Assembly (NCBI GenBank): GCA_037134795.1
Contig: JBAXLM010000001.1
Location: 1-60,981 of the forward strand
Direction of reading: 5' to 3'
Length of the DNA stretch: 60,981 bases
DNA from: Candidatus Omnitrophota bacterium
GTDB lineage: Bacteria > Omnitrophota > Gorgyraeia > Gygaellales > Profunditerraquicolaceae
Shown here: positions 44,020 through 53,841 of the stretch, one piece after another
Layout: each line of letters starts with the position of its first letter
Position numbering within the stretch: position 1 is the stretch's first letter
Made by a program: the position numbers and the translations under genes
Notes under the pieces: model-generated
Database searches by the model: none
Seen by the model: the letters and a program-made list of their open reading frames with translations, nothing else
What the model was told of the DNA's origin: nothing

Positions 44020-44972
44020 AAGAAAAGATACTTGAGTATTTGAAGAAAAAACACGACTATTTATCCGGTGATGAAATTAGCCATTCTTTAGGCATCAGCC
44101 GGCAGGGTTTGTGGAAGCATATTCAGGATTTAAAGGATTCAGGGTATGATATTGTAGCGGTTCCGCATTTAGGGTATCGTCTTGAGTCTTGTCCGGATAG
44201 GCTTTTCCCTATAGAAATAGCACATGGGTTAAATACAAAATTTGTTGCTAAAAAAATAAATTATTTTGATTATTTAGTTTCAACCATGAACTTAGCGATG
44301 CAACTTGGTATTCAGCAAGCTGGTAATGGCACGCTTGTATTAGCTGAATCGCAAACTAAAGGCCGCGGTAGGTTAGGCAGAAGTTGGTTTTCACCTAAGT
44401 ATAAGGGGATTTATTTATCTTTGATTTTGAGGCCAAAAATAACGCCTGTGGCTTCACCCATATTAACTCTTCTTACTGCTGTAAGTATTTGCGAAGCAGT
44501 AAAAGAGGTTACGGATTTAGATGTGCAGATTAAGTGGCCTAATGACATACTTATTCACAATAAAAAACTTGCGGGTATCCTAACTGAAATGAACGCAGAA
44601 GTAGATAAGGTGAATTTTGTAGTTATTGGTATTGGCCTGAATGTAAATAATGACAGGAAGTCTTTAATTGCTGGAGCTACTTCTTTAAAAGAGCAAGTTG
44701 GCCGCACAATAAGCCGTATTTTGGTTTTGCAGGAGCTGTTGCGTAGGATAGAAAAAAACTATTCTTTATTAGAAGATAAGGGCAGCGAGATTATAATTGA
44801 TAAATGGCGTAGTTTTACTATTACTTTAGGAAGGCGAGTCAAAGTTTATTGCCAGAACAAGCATGTTGAGGGCCAGGCTACTGATATTGATCAGGACGGG
44901 GGTTTACTCATCCGTAAAGATTCCGGGATAATTCAAAAAGTTATGAGCGGAGATGTAATGCATTGCCGCTAA
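44016..44972 (+). CDS. birA: Bifunctional biotin-[acetyl-CoA-carboxylase] ligase and repressor BirA
   Basis: N-terminal wHTH (LSGDEISHSLGISRQGLWKHIQDLKDSGY), catalytic GRGRLGRSW and KWPNDIL, and a C-terminal SH3-like domain. Confidence 0.9.
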   Translation: MKEKILEYLKKKHDYLSGDEISHSLGISRQGLWKHIQDLKDSGYDIVAVPHLGYRLESCPDRLFPIEIAHGLNTKFVAKKINYFDYLVSTMNLAMQLGIQQAGNGTLVLAESQTKGRGRLGRSWFSPKYKGIYLSLILRPKITPVASPILTLLTAVSICEAVKEVTDLDVQIKWPNDILIHNKKLAGILTEMNAEVDKVNFVVIGIGLNVNNDRKSLIAGATSLKEQVGRTISRILVLQELLRRIEKNYSLLEDKGSEIIIDKWRSFTITLGRRVKVYCQNKHVEGQATDIDQDGGLLIRKDSGIIQKVMSGDVMHCR

Positions 44973-44997
44973 CTGTAAACCATATATAATCTATTGG

Positions 44998-45025
44998 TTG
45001 ACAATTAAGCCTCAAGCTTTATAAT
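44998..45025 (+). promoter_or_regulatory. Consensus promoter TTGACA-16-TATAAT, ending 6 nt before the ATG at 45032
   Basis: TTGACA at 44998-45003 and TATAAT at 45020-45025. No SD. The predicted TSS coincides with the start codon. Confidence 0.6.
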
Positions 45026-45031
45026 TATTGT

Positions 45032-46828
45032 ATGTTTAAAATAAAGCTTCTGGCTTTTTTTATTATTCTTGCCGTAATTTTCCCTCCGCTATCTTTTCCC
45101 TCTGAAGATGAACCGGTCAACCTAGAGCCGTTGGTTATTACCAAACAAAAACAGTTTCTTTTGAATGCTTACTCGAAAGATCCTGTTGAAAGTAGCGCTT
45201 TTAATTATGAATCTGCAGTTGAATCTTTAAGTAGCCTTCCAGTAGATTTGCAAAGTCGTGCATTAAAAAGCGGTATCCAGACGGATTTTTCCTTGAGGGG
45301 TTCAACTTTTCAGCAGGTTTTAATTCTACTTAATGGCCAAAGAATAAATGACCCCCAGACTGCGCATCATAACAGTGATATTCCCTTTACTAAAGCAGAT
45401 ATTAAAAAAATAGAGGTAATTCCCGGCGCCAGTTCTTCTTTATTTGGCCCGGATGCTATTGGGGGAGCAATAAATTTTGCGTTGGTTCCGCCTAAAGACA
45501 AAAAAACAGTTTGGGAGTTTGGCGTAGGCAACAACCGTAACGGATATGGATTATTCAGTATAAGCGATAAGTTTAAGAATTTGGGCTTCAGGGTTTCCGT
45601 AGAAGATGCGCAATCAAAAGGTTTTCGAAATGACACGGATTATAAGAAATTTACGGCATCTTTAAACGCGTCTTTAGATTTACCGAATGGTTTATGGGAA
45701 AACAATTTTGGCTATCAGGAGAAGGATTTCGGGGCCTATGATTTTTATACTCCCGGATTAGGTTATCCCTCTCAGGAATGGACCAAAACTTATCTTATTA
45801 ATAGTGGGCTTACTTTAGATAGCCCGGATTTATTAATTAAACCTAATTTTCTTTGGCGTAGGCATTTTGACAAATTTGTTTTAGACAGAACGCAACTGCG
45901 TTCGACTTCCGTTAATAATCATCATACGGATATTTTTACCCCTAGTGTTTATTTCCAAAAAGATATGGGGTTATTTGGTAAGACTGGCTTGGGGCTTGAA
46001 TGGAGTCAGGAGAGGATTATTTCGTCAAATATGGGCAAGCATATACGTGATCACAGGAGTATATTTCTAGATGATAGTGTAGCAATCGGCCGAAAATGGG
46101 ATTTAGGTTTTTCTTTGCGTGTGGATGATTTTTCCGATTTTAATATGGAATACACAGGTTCTCTAAGTGCTAAATTTAAACTTACTAATACATCAGCTTT
46201 TAATTTTGGTATTTCAAGAAATATACGCGTTCCGTCATTTACTGAACTCTATTATAGCGATTCAACTACAATAGGTAATGTTGATTTGACTGCAGAAAAT
46301 TCCTGGAATTATCAGGTAGGATTTGAATATAAAGAAGAAGGATTTTTGTCAGCTTTGACTCTATTTTTACGCCAGGAGAAAGAGATGATTGATTGGGTTA
46401 GATCTGATCCCGTCCAAAAATGGCAAGCACGAAATTTTACCCGTGATAATGTTTTTGGGGTTGAATATTCCTTACGTAAGAAGATTAATCAGGTTTTAAG
46501 TTTGGATGCTTCTTACGCTTATACCAATAAGAGTATAGATAATCAGGGGTATCTTTATAAATATGGCCCAAATTATGCCCAACATTTAATTAATACTGTA
46601 TTTAGTTTGCAGCTGCCTTTTGGCAGGCAGGAGATAGGGTTTAATTATAAGAAAAGGCCAGCTCGGCGCGGCTGGTTGCTAATGAATGCCGGGTTAAATT
46701 ATAATTTAACCCAAAATTCGAAGATTTTCTTAAATTCAACTAATCTTTTAAACGTTGAGTATCAAGATATTGAGGGCATACCGCAAGCTGGCAGGTATGT
46801 TGAAGCGGGGCTGAGGCTTGAATGGTAA
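45032..46828 (+). CDS. TonB-dependent outer-membrane receptor
   Basis: Signal peptide. Plug domain (LRGSTFQQVLILLNGQRINDPQT, IEVIPGASSSLFGPDAIGGAINF). Beta-barrel ending in ...GLRLEW. Confidence 0.8.
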   Translation: MFKIKLLAFFIILAVIFPPLSFPSEDEPVNLEPLVITKQKQFLLNAYSKDPVESSAFNYESAVESLSSLPVDLQSRALKSGIQTDFSLRGSTFQQVLILLNGQRINDPQTAHHNSDIPFTKADIKKIEVIPGASSSLFGPDAIGGAINFALVPPKDKKTVWEFGVGNNRNGYGLFSISDKFKNLGFRVSVEDAQSKGFRNDTDYKKFTASLNASLDLPNGLWENNFGYQEKDFGAYDFYTPGLGYPSQEWTKTYLINSGLTLDSPDLLIKPNFLWRRHFDKFVLDRTQLRSTSVNNHHTDIFTPSVYFQKDMGLFGKTGLGLEWSQERIISSNMGKHIRDHRSIFLDDSVAIGRKWDLGFSLRVDDFSDFNMEYTGSLSAKFKLTNTSAFNFGISRNIRVPSFTELYYSDSTTIGNVDLTAENSWNYQVGFEYKEEGFLSALTLFLRQEKEMIDWVRSDPVQKWQARNFTRDNVFGVEYSLRKKINQVLSLDASYAYTNKSIDNQGYLYKYGPNYAQHLINTVFSLQLPFGRQEIGFNYKKRPARRGWLLMNAGLNYNLTQNSKIFLNSTNLLNVEYQDIEGIPQAGRYVEAGLRLEW

Positions 46829-46837
46829 GATATTTAG

Positions 46838-46865
46838 TTGACAGTTAGGGAAAATAATGTAAAAT
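46838..46865 (+). promoter_or_regulatory. Near-consensus promoter TTGACA-16-TAAAAT, about 130 nt upstream of the cold-shock gene
   Basis: TTGACA at 46838-43 and TAAAAT at 46860-65. A second -10 TATAAT lies at 46963-68, closer to the gene. Confidence 0.5.
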
Positions 46866-46901
46866 TATCTCTGTAGTTAGCAAGGGAGTAGAAGTCTTTA
46901 C

Positions 46902-46939
46902 CCGTAAGGAGAGAGAATAACACACCTTACGGTTTTTTT
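46902..46939 (+). terminator. Intrinsic terminator between the TonB receptor gene and csp, or an attenuator within a long csp leader
   Basis: CCGTAAGG (46902-09) pairs with CCTTACGG (46925-32) around a 15-nt loop, followed by TTTTTTT (46933-39). Confidence 0.65.
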
Positions 46940-46994
46940 ATTAATCTAGCCCCTTAAGCTGCTATAATTTTCCTGAAAGGAGGAAACAAAGCAA

Positions 46995-47195
46995 ATGGCA
47001 AAAGGTAAAGTAAAGTGGTTTTCCAATCAAAAGGGTTATGGTTTTATTACTCCTGAGAACGGTGCTGATGTATTCGTACATCATACTGCGATCCAGGGTG
47101 ATGGCTATAAAACTTTAGAGGAGGGCCAGGAAGTTGAGTTTGAAATTGAAAAAGGTCCTAAAGGTGAACAAGCTACTAAAGTAGTGAAGTTATAA
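46995..47195 (+). CDS. cspA: Cold-shock protein (CspA family)
   Basis: 66 aa. RNP1 KGYGFI and RNP2 VFVHH. SD AAAGGAGG. Confidence 0.95.
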   Translation: MAKGKVKWFSNQKGYGFITPENGADVFVHHTAIQGDGYKTLEEGQEVEFEIEKGPKGEQATKVVKL

Positions 47196-47216
47196 CCTAA
47201 CAGGAACAAAGCATCA

Positions 47217-47257
47217 ATGGGGATGGTTCTATTTAGGATCGTCCCCATTTTCTTTTT
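47217..47257 (+). terminator. Intrinsic terminator after csp
   Basis: ATGGGGA (47217-23) pairs with TCCCCAT (47242-48), followed by TTTCTTTTT. Confidence 0.65.
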
Positions 47258-47290
47258 ATTAGCTTTAGGCATTATGTTATAATAAAGGCC

Positions 47291-48358
47291 ATGAAAAAAC
47301 GCGTAGTCGTAGCTATGAGTGGAGGCGTAGATTCTTCGGTTGCCGCAGCTTTGCTTAAAGCCCAAGGTTATGAGGTAATCGGTGTAACTATGTGTTTTAA
47401 TTTGGCGGAAGCTAAAACCGGTAAACCCAGCTGTTGCGGCTTAATCGGGATTGAAGATGCCCGGATAGTTGCAGGAAAACTTGGAATTAAACACTATGTT
47501 TTAAATCTGGATAAAGATTTCAAACGCGAAGTAATCCAGGATTTTTACCAGGAGTATATCTCCGGCAGGACCCCAAACCCTTGTGTCCGGTGCAATCAAT
47601 TTATTAAATTTAATATCTTGTTAAAAAAGGCAATTAATTTAGGCGCGCGTTTTTTAGCAACCGGGCACTACGCCAGAATAGTAAAATATAGACAGAATTA
47701 TTTGCTTAAAAAGGCTAAGGATCTTAAAAAAGACCAATCCTATTTTTTATATCGATTAAATCAATGGCAGCTTAAACATATATTATTCCCATTAGGAAAT
47801 TTTACTAAACCTAAAGTAAGAAACATAGCAAGAGATCTTGGGCTGAATGTGGCGGAAAAAAAAGATAGCCAGGAGATCTGTTTTTCCCCTGACGGGGATT
47901 ACGGGGCTTTAATTAAGAGCAGAGGATTAGCTGATATTAAGCCTGGTAATTTGGTAGATAAAGACGGCTTTATTCTTGGGGTGCATAAGGGAATCCCATT
48001 TTATACTATAGGCCAACGCCAGGGACTAGGTTTGGCTAAAGGTTATCCATTATACGTAACGCAGATTAACGCTAAAAATAACCGTATTACCGTAGGAAAG
48101 CGAGAAGATGCTTGTAAAAAAGAATTTTTGGTAAAAAAGGTAAATTTTTTGGAGAAGCCTATCAAAAAGAAGGTTGAGATTAAAGTGAGGATACGCTATA
48201 ATCATAAAGAATCGCTTGCTTTAGTTTCTCCGTTAAATGGTAAGCTAAAAGTATCTTTTAAAAAAGCACAGTTTGCCATTACTCCCGGGCAATCCGCGGT
48301 TTTTTATGATAAGGATACGGTTTTAGGCGGAGGAATAATCGAAAGGGTGTTGGATTAA
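47291..48358 (+). CDS. mnmA: tRNA-specific 2-thiouridylase MnmA
   Basis: PP-loop VAMSGGVDSS, NPCVRCN and ATGHYAR. 355 aa. Confidence 0.95.
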   Translation: MKKRVVVAMSGGVDSSVAAALLKAQGYEVIGVTMCFNLAEAKTGKPSCCGLIGIEDARIVAGKLGIKHYVLNLDKDFKREVIQDFYQEYISGRTPNPCVRCNQFIKFNILLKKAINLGARFLATGHYARIVKYRQNYLLKKAKDLKKDQSYFLYRLNQWQLKHILFPLGNFTKPKVRNIARDLGLNVAEKKDSQEICFSPDGDYGALIKSRGLADIKPGNLVDKDGFILGVHKGIPFYTIGQRQGLGLAKGYPLYVTQINAKNNRITVGKREDACKKEFLVKKVNFLEKPIKKKVEIKVRIRYNHKESLALVSPLNGKLKVSFKKAQFAITPGQSAVFYDKDTVLGGGIIERVLD

Positions 48359-48359
48359 G

Positions 48360-49277
48360 ATGATTAAAGAAGATAAACAATTAGTTGATAAGATTAAACA
48401 GTTGAAGAAGAAGCGTAATGCTGTAATTCTGGCACACAACTATCAGTTACCTGAAGTACAGGATATCGCGGATTTTCGGGGAGATTCACTGGAGCTTTCG
48501 CGCATTGCCGCAAAAACTGATGCCGAGGTGATTGTTTTCTGCGGAGTTTATTTTATGGCAGAGACTGCTTCCATTCTTTCTCCTAACAAAAAGGTAATTA
48601 TGCCAGATGCTTCTGCAGGATGCCCTATGGCTAATATGATGAATGCCGAGGACCTAAAGAAACTTAAGAAAGCTTATCCTGGCGCTGTAGCTATAGGTTA
48701 TGTGAATACTTCTGCTGAAGTTAAAGCAGAGCTAGATTATTGCTGTACTTCTGCTAATGCCGTAGCTGTGGTTAATGCGCTTAAAGATAAAAAAGAAATA
48801 ATCTTTGTTCCGGATAAATATTTGGCGGATTATGTCGCTAAAAAAAGCGGAAGAAAACTTATCAGCTGGCATGGTTTTTGCCCTACTCATGTAAAAATAT
48901 TGCCTGAAGATGTGGCAAGAGAGAGAAGATTCCATCCTAAGGCAAAATTAATGGTGCATCCAGAATGCTTAGCTTCCGTGGTTTCTTTAGCTGACGCTGT
49001 GTTATCTACCAGCCAGATGTCTAAATATGCTGCCGCCAACCCGGCAAAAGAATTTATCGTCGGTACAGAGTTAGGTTTGATTTACCGGCTTAAGCAGGAT
49101 AATCCGGATAAAGAGTTTTATCCGGCTAGTGAACGTGCGATATGCCCGAATATGAAACTTACGACTCTTGAGAAAGTACTTTGGGCATTAGAAGAGCTTA
49201 AAGATGAAGTTAAGGTTTCCGACACAATAAGAAAGAAAGCGCACTTGGCTATTGAACGCATGTTGGCTATTATTTGA
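48360..49277 (+). CDS. nadA: Quinolinate synthase NadA
   Basis: ILAHNYQ, VFCGVYFMAETA, CPMA, YVNTSAEVKA, HPEC and CPNMK motifs. Confidence 0.93.
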   Translation: MIKEDKQLVDKIKQLKKKRNAVILAHNYQLPEVQDIADFRGDSLELSRIAAKTDAEVIVFCGVYFMAETASILSPNKKVIMPDASAGCPMANMMNAEDLKKLKKAYPGAVAIGYVNTSAEVKAELDYCCTSANAVAVVNALKDKKEIIFVPDKYLADYVAKKSGRKLISWHGFCPTHVKILPEDVARERRFHPKAKLMVHPECLASVVSLADAVLSTSQMSKYAAANPAKEFIVGTELGLIYRLKQDNPDKEFYPASERAICPNMKLTTLEKVLWALEELKDEVKVSDTIRKKAHLAIERMLAII

Positions 49278-49906
49278 TGAATATACCGATCGTCTACGAA
49301 GATGATTGGCTTTTAGTAGTTAATAAACCGGCTGGGTTGTTAAGCGTACCCACGCCTAAAAATGAATCGCGTACTTTAACAAGTATTTTAAACCAAGATT
49401 TAGAAGAAAGCGGAAATAAAACCGTCAGGCTTTATCCTTGTCATCGTCTTGATCGGGAAACTTCTGGGCTTATAATTTATGCCAAAAGTAGAAGTACCCA
49501 GGAAAAGATGATGAATACGTTTCGTAATAGATTAGTAAGTAAAAAATATATCGCTTTTGTGCATGGAAAATTAGTGCATTTATCTGGCCAAATCAATTCT
49601 GTTATTGAAGGCAAAAGCGCTCTTACAAAATATAAAGTTATTCAAGAGAAAAGCAATTATAGCGTTGTCGAGGTTTCTCCTGTTACCGGCAGGACCAATC
49701 AAATTCGTATTCATTTTAAAAGTATTCAGCACCCTTTGGTGGGGGAGGATAAATTTGCTTTTCGCAGAGATTTCACTTTACGTTTTAAACGCATCTGTCT
49801 AGACGCGCAAGAGCTAAATTTTAAACATCCCGTAACTGGCAAAGATTTGAGAATTAGTATTGATTTAGCGCCTGATCTGAAAGATTTTCTCATTAAACAT
49901 GATTAA
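49274..49906 (+). CDS. RluA-family pseudouridine synthase (no S4 domain)
   Basis: NKPAGLL, catalytic HRLDRETSGL, and GRTNQIRIH. Confidence 0.85.
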   Translation: MMNIPIVYEDDWLLVVNKPAGLLSVPTPKNESRTLTSILNQDLEESGNKTVRLYPCHRLDRETSGLIIYAKSRSTQEKMMNTFRNRLVSKKYIAFVHGKLVHLSGQINSVIEGKSALTKYKVIQEKSNYSVVEVSPVTGRTNQIRIHFKSIQHPLVGEDKFAFRRDFTLRFKRICLDAQELNFKHPVTGKDLRISIDLAPDLKDFLIKHD

Positions 49907-50642
49907 ATATATATTGCTGGGTATAGTTCAAGGCTTAACTGAGTTTCTGCCTGTTAGTTCAAGCGGGCACTTGGTTATTTTACAGAAGATTTTAGGGTTT
50001 CATGCTCATCAAGTGGCTATTTCAGTTGTCCTGCATCTAGGTACACTTTTAGCGGTAATTATATTTTTTTGGAAGGACATTTTAAGCCTGCTAAAGAATT
50101 TCAAGCTGCTTATTTTAGTAGTAATAGTTGTGGCGATTACGGGAATTATTGGTGTTTTGGGTAAGGATTTCTTCGAGAGTTTATTTAGCTCACCTAAAAT
50201 AGTTGGGTTAGCTTGGGTATTTACGGGATTGGTACTTATTTCTACAAAAAGAATTACTCAGCTTAATAGAAATACACTTAAAACTAAAGATGCGCTTATT
50301 TTGGGTCTGGCTCAAGGTTTAGCGGTTATTCCCGGGATATCTCGTTCCGGGATAACTATTTCAACTTTATTCTTTAGGAGGATTAATCGCTCCCTGGCTT
50401 TTACTATATCATTTTTAGTTTCTATTCCTGTTATTTTAGGCGCGGCAATCCTGGAGGCAAAAAAAATACAGGTAATTCCTGAAGGTGATATCATGAATCT
50501 AGGGATAGGTTTCATCTTTAGCTTTCTCACCGGGTTATTGGCTATTTTATTTCTAAAAATAATGATAGATAAAGCTAAGTTTCATTATTTTGGGTATTAT
50601 TGTCTTTTTTTAGCGGCAGTTACATTACTGTTTGTAAAATGA
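49899..50642 (+). CDS. uppP: Undecaprenyl-diphosphate phosphatase UppP/BacA
   Basis: GIVQGLTEFLPVSSSGHL and PGISRSGITIS motifs. 8 TM helices. Confidence 0.9.
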   Translation: MIKYILLGIVQGLTEFLPVSSSGHLVILQKILGFHAHQVAISVVLHLGTLLAVIIFFWKDILSLLKNFKLLILVVIVVAITGIIGVLGKDFFESLFSSPKIVGLAWVFTGLVLISTKRITQLNRNTLKTKDALILGLAQGLAVIPGISRSGITISTLFFRRINRSLAFTISFLVSIPVILGAAILEAKKIQVIPEGDIMNLGIGFIFSFLTGLLAILFLKIMIDKAKFHYFGYYCLFLAAVTLLFVK

Positions 50643-51538
50643 GTATAATCGTATTAGGCACAGTAGCGCTTGATAGCGTAAAAACTCCTTTTGGTAAAAG
50701 AAAAGAGTTGCTTGGCGGTTCAGCTGCGCATTTTTCCATGGCTGCGCGGCTTTTTACTAAAGTGAACTTGGTAGCGATTGTGGGCCGTGATTTTCCACAA
50801 AAGCATATCGCTTTTTTAAGAAGCAAAGGTTTAAATCTTACGTCTCTAGTAATAGATAAGGGAAAAACTTTTAGATGGGAAGGTGAGTATAAGGGTAATT
50901 TGGATTCCGCGCTTACTTTAAATACAGAGTTAGGCGTGCTTTCAGTGTTTAAGCCACGCGTCTCGCAAGAGCAGCGTAATATAAAGAATATATTTTTGGC
51001 AAATGTTGATCCTGATATTCAGGAAGAACTCTTGCGTAAAATGCGTGACCCCAAATTGGTGGGTTTAGATAGTATGAACTATTGGATTCATCATAAACGT
51101 AAAGAATTAATTAGGCTGCTTAAGCGTGTGGATATATATGTGGCTAATGATCAAGAAGCGCGCGTATTAAGTGGTGAGAACAATATAATTAAAGCAGCGA
51201 AAATATTGAAGAATTACGGTGCCAAGATGGTATTGATTAAGAAGGGTGAGAATGGAGTCTTATTTTATAGCGATAGATTTATTTTTTCTCTTCCCGCTTA
51301 CCCAGTTGAGCATGTTGTGGATCCTACGGGTGCAGGGGATACCTTTGCCGGTGGCTTCATGGGCTATTTGGCCAAAGTAGGCAGGGTTAATTCTTTAGTT
51401 CTAAAAAAAGCCTTAGCTTATGGCACAGTAGCAGCATCTTTTAATGTAGAGGAGTTTGGCCTGAATAGAACCAGCAGGCTTAAGCCGCAGGATTTAGAAA
51501 AACGTTTAGTTAATTTTAAAGAATGCTTTTCTTTTTGA
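50639..51538 (+). CDS. PfkB-family carbohydrate/nucleoside kinase
   Basis: N-terminal GTVALD...LGGSAAHF and a C-terminal DPTGAGDTFAGGF anion hole. The ATG at 50639 overlaps the uppP stop (ATGA). Confidence 0.75.
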   Translation: MSIIVLGTVALDSVKTPFGKRKELLGGSAAHFSMAARLFTKVNLVAIVGRDFPQKHIAFLRSKGLNLTSLVIDKGKTFRWEGEYKGNLDSALTLNTELGVLSVFKPRVSQEQRNIKNIFLANVDPDIQEELLRKMRDPKLVGLDSMNYWIHHKRKELIRLLKRVDIYVANDQEARVLSGENNIIKAAKILKNYGAKMVLIKKGENGVLFYSDRFIFSLPAYPVEHVVDPTGAGDTFAGGFMGYLAKVGRVNSLVLKKALAYGTVAASFNVEEFGLNRTSRLKPQDLEKRLVNFKECFSF

Positions 51539-51560
51539 TAAATAGTAGTTATTAACAATA

Positions 51561-51584
51561 TAGCGGACGTTTAAACGTCCGCTA
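51561..51584. repeat. Perfect 24-nt palindrome
   Basis: TAGCGGACGTTT|AAACGTCCGCTA. No U-tract follows on either side. Confidence 0.8.
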
Positions 51585-51613
51585 CTAAGCAGGCTTAAGC
51601 CAGGAGAAAAGCT

Positions 51614-52066
51614 ATGTTAAACGATAAAGTTTTTAATGATTATAAAGAAGCGATGAAAGCTAGGGATAGCTTGAAGAGTTCAGTTTTAAGTTTCTTGCGT
51701 TCAGATATGTTAAATTTGGCTACTGCTAAGAAAAAGGATAAGCTTGATGATTTGGAAATAGTTACAGTGATCAGGAAGCAGATTAAGCAGCGTCAGGATT
51801 CTATTGAGCAGTTTACTAAAGGCGCGCGTCTTGAGATGGCGGAAAAAGAAAAAAAAGAATTGGATATTCTAAAAAGCTATTTGCCTCCGGAGCTGTCCGC
51901 TGAGGAGATTAAGCGGTTAATTGAAGAGGTGATTATTGCAATTGGAGCAAACGGCGTAAAAGATATGGGCCGCCTGATGAAAGAGCTGACTCAAAAGACA
52001 GCTGGAAAAGCTGATGGCAGGTTAGTAAGCGATTTGGTAAAACAAAGGTTAAGCACGCCTTCCTAA
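51614..52066 (+). CDS. GatB/YqeY-domain protein
   Basis: 150 aa. MKARD..K...LR...A......K.....D.E...V....IKQR..S...F...GR.E.A.KE..E...L..YLP follows the YqeY pattern. Confidence 0.8.
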   Translation: MLNDKVFNDYKEAMKARDSLKSSVLSFLRSDMLNLATAKKKDKLDDLEIVTVIRKQIKQRQDSIEQFTKGARLEMAEKEKKELDILKSYLPPELSAEEIKRLIEEVIIAIGANGVKDMGRLMKELTQKTAGKADGRLVSDLVKQRLSTPS

Positions 52067-52079
52067 AAAGTTCAAAAGT

Positions 52080-53276
52080 ATGTTCTCTTCGCTAAAAGTA
52101 AAATATTTCCGCATTTATTGGCTGGGTATGTTTGTATCTCTGGTTGGTACATGGATACAAAGCGTTGCCCAGAGCTGGCTGGTATTTCAGTTAACCAACT
52201 CTGCATTCCTTTTGGGGGTAGTGGGTTTCTTAGGTTCGATACCTATATTCGTGCTTTCTTTATTTGGCGGGGTTTTAGCTGATAGGGTAAATAAAAGGAA
52301 TATTCTGATTTTTACTCAAGTACTTTTTATGCTGCTTGCATTCTTACTTGCATTTTTAACCCAGTTTCAGCTTATAAAGCCGCAGCAGATTATGGTTATT
52401 GCTTTACTTAACGGAATAATTATGGCATTTGATGCGCCGGCAAGACAGTCGATAGTAGTGGAGTTGGTGGGTAAAGAGCATCTTTTTAATGCCATTGTAT
52501 TAAACTCAGTAGCTTTTAATTCCTCGAGGGTTATCGGGCCGGCTATTGCGGGTTTATTGATATTTACAATAGGCATGAGCGGTTGTTTTTATCTTAACGG
52601 GCTAAGTTTTTTGGCAGTGATTGTCGCGCTTTTTTTAATTAAATTAAATAAAAATCCCGGTTTACAGAATAATAACTCTGCGTTAAGTGATCTTAAGCAA
52701 GGTTTGGTTTTTATAAGTAAGGATCGCCTTATTCTAGCCTTGGTATCTATGGTAGCAGCAATGAGTCTTTTTGGCATATCTTATGTTATACTCATGCCGG
52801 TTTTTGCTAATGATATCCTGCGCGTGGGCGCAAAAGGCTTAGGTATTCTTATGTCCAGCACAGGATTAGGAGCTTTAATCGGCGCTTTAGCTTTGGCGCG
52901 CCTGGGGGATTTTAAATATAAGGGCAAGCTTTTAATTTGGTCGGTGTTTTCTTTTGCTTGTTCTTTAATTGTATTTTCGTTTTCTCGGGGTTATCTGGTA
53001 TCTATTGTTTCATTAATTTGCATAGGGTGTTCCAGCGTTACGGCAATTGCTTTAATTAATACGCTTATCCAAATTAAAGTCCCTGACGAATTCCGCGGCA
53101 GGGTGATGAGTTTATTTATGATTACTTTTGCCGGGGTCATGCCTTTTGGCAATTTGATCTCGGGGACATTAGCGGAAGCTTTTGGGGTATCGCAAGCTTT
53201 GTTTTTCTGCGGTTTAATTTGTTTAGTCCTGTTTGCGGTGGTTAATTTCTTATTTCCTGGTTTGAGAAGGTTATAG
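52080..53276 (+). CDS. MFS transporter
   Basis: 398 aa with 12 TM helices and the GGVLADRVNKR loop motif between TM2 and TM3. Confidence 0.8.
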   Translation: MFSSLKVKYFRIYWLGMFVSLVGTWIQSVAQSWLVFQLTNSAFLLGVVGFLGSIPIFVLSLFGGVLADRVNKRNILIFTQVLFMLLAFLLAFLTQFQLIKPQQIMVIALLNGIIMAFDAPARQSIVVELVGKEHLFNAIVLNSVAFNSSRVIGPAIAGLLIFTIGMSGCFYLNGLSFLAVIVALFLIKLNKNPGLQNNNSALSDLKQGLVFISKDRLILALVSMVAAMSLFGISYVILMPVFANDILRVGAKGLGILMSSTGLGALIGALALARLGDFKYKGKLLIWSVFSFACSLIVFSFSRGYLVSIVSLICIGCSSVTAIALINTLIQIKVPDEFRGRVMSLFMITFAGVMPFGNLISGTLAEAFGVSQALFFCGLICLVLFAVVNFLFPGLRRL

Positions 53277-53379
53277 TAGATATTATTTGCATTATTACTA
53301 TATTTTGCTAAAATTATAATAAGTAAGTTTAAAGCCATAATTATAAAAATATATTTATTAATCTAGAGAGGAGAGAAGT

Positions 53380-53811
53380 ATGAAAAGGTTGTTAAGTTTT
53401 GCAGTAGTGGTTTTGGTGTTAGTGGCATTATCTGGTTGTGGTAAAAAGCAGGAGATGGAGGAGTTACAGCCGATTACCATGGAATCTTTAAGTACAGTTA
53501 CTGGTTCTACTGTCGCTGTTCCAGATTTTAAGGATCAAGAAATTAAAGTAACTGCTTCTGTAACTAAGGAATCGTTACCTTTACCTCCACAAGGGCCTTA
53601 TAAGCCTTCAGCTAACGAGATTCAGACAGCTTTAAAGAATGCAGGTTTTTATACTGGTAGCGTGGATGGAAAAATTGGCCCAAAGAGCAAAAAAGCAATA
53701 GAAGATTTCCAGAGTGCCAATGGTTTAAAAGTTGACGGTAAAGTGGGCACTAAGACTTGGGAAGCGATGGGCAAGTATCTAAGTGTTGCTGCTGAGCCTG
53801 TTAAAAGATAA
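53380..53811 (+). CDS. Lipoprotein with a C-terminal peptidoglycan-binding (PG_binding_1) domain
   Basis: Lipobox LSGCGK. IQTALKNAGFYTGSVDGKIGPKSKKAIEDFQSANGLKVDGKVGTKTW. Confidence 0.75.
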   Translation: MKRLLSFAVVVLVLVALSGCGKKQEMEELQPITMESLSTVTGSTVAVPDFKDQEIKVTASVTKESLPLPPQGPYKPSANEIQTALKNAGFYTGSVDGKIGPKSKKAIEDFQSANGLKVDGKVGTKTWEAMGKYLSVAAEPVKR

Positions 53812-53841
53812 ATTAGAATAATTCAGGAGCGTTTTAGTACA

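Noticed and set aside
44973-45031. A possible cobalamin or other riboswitch upstream of the TonB-dependent receptor.
   Set aside because: The intergenic spacer is only 59 nt and is filled by a consensus promoter ending 6 nt before the ATG. There is no room for an aptamer.
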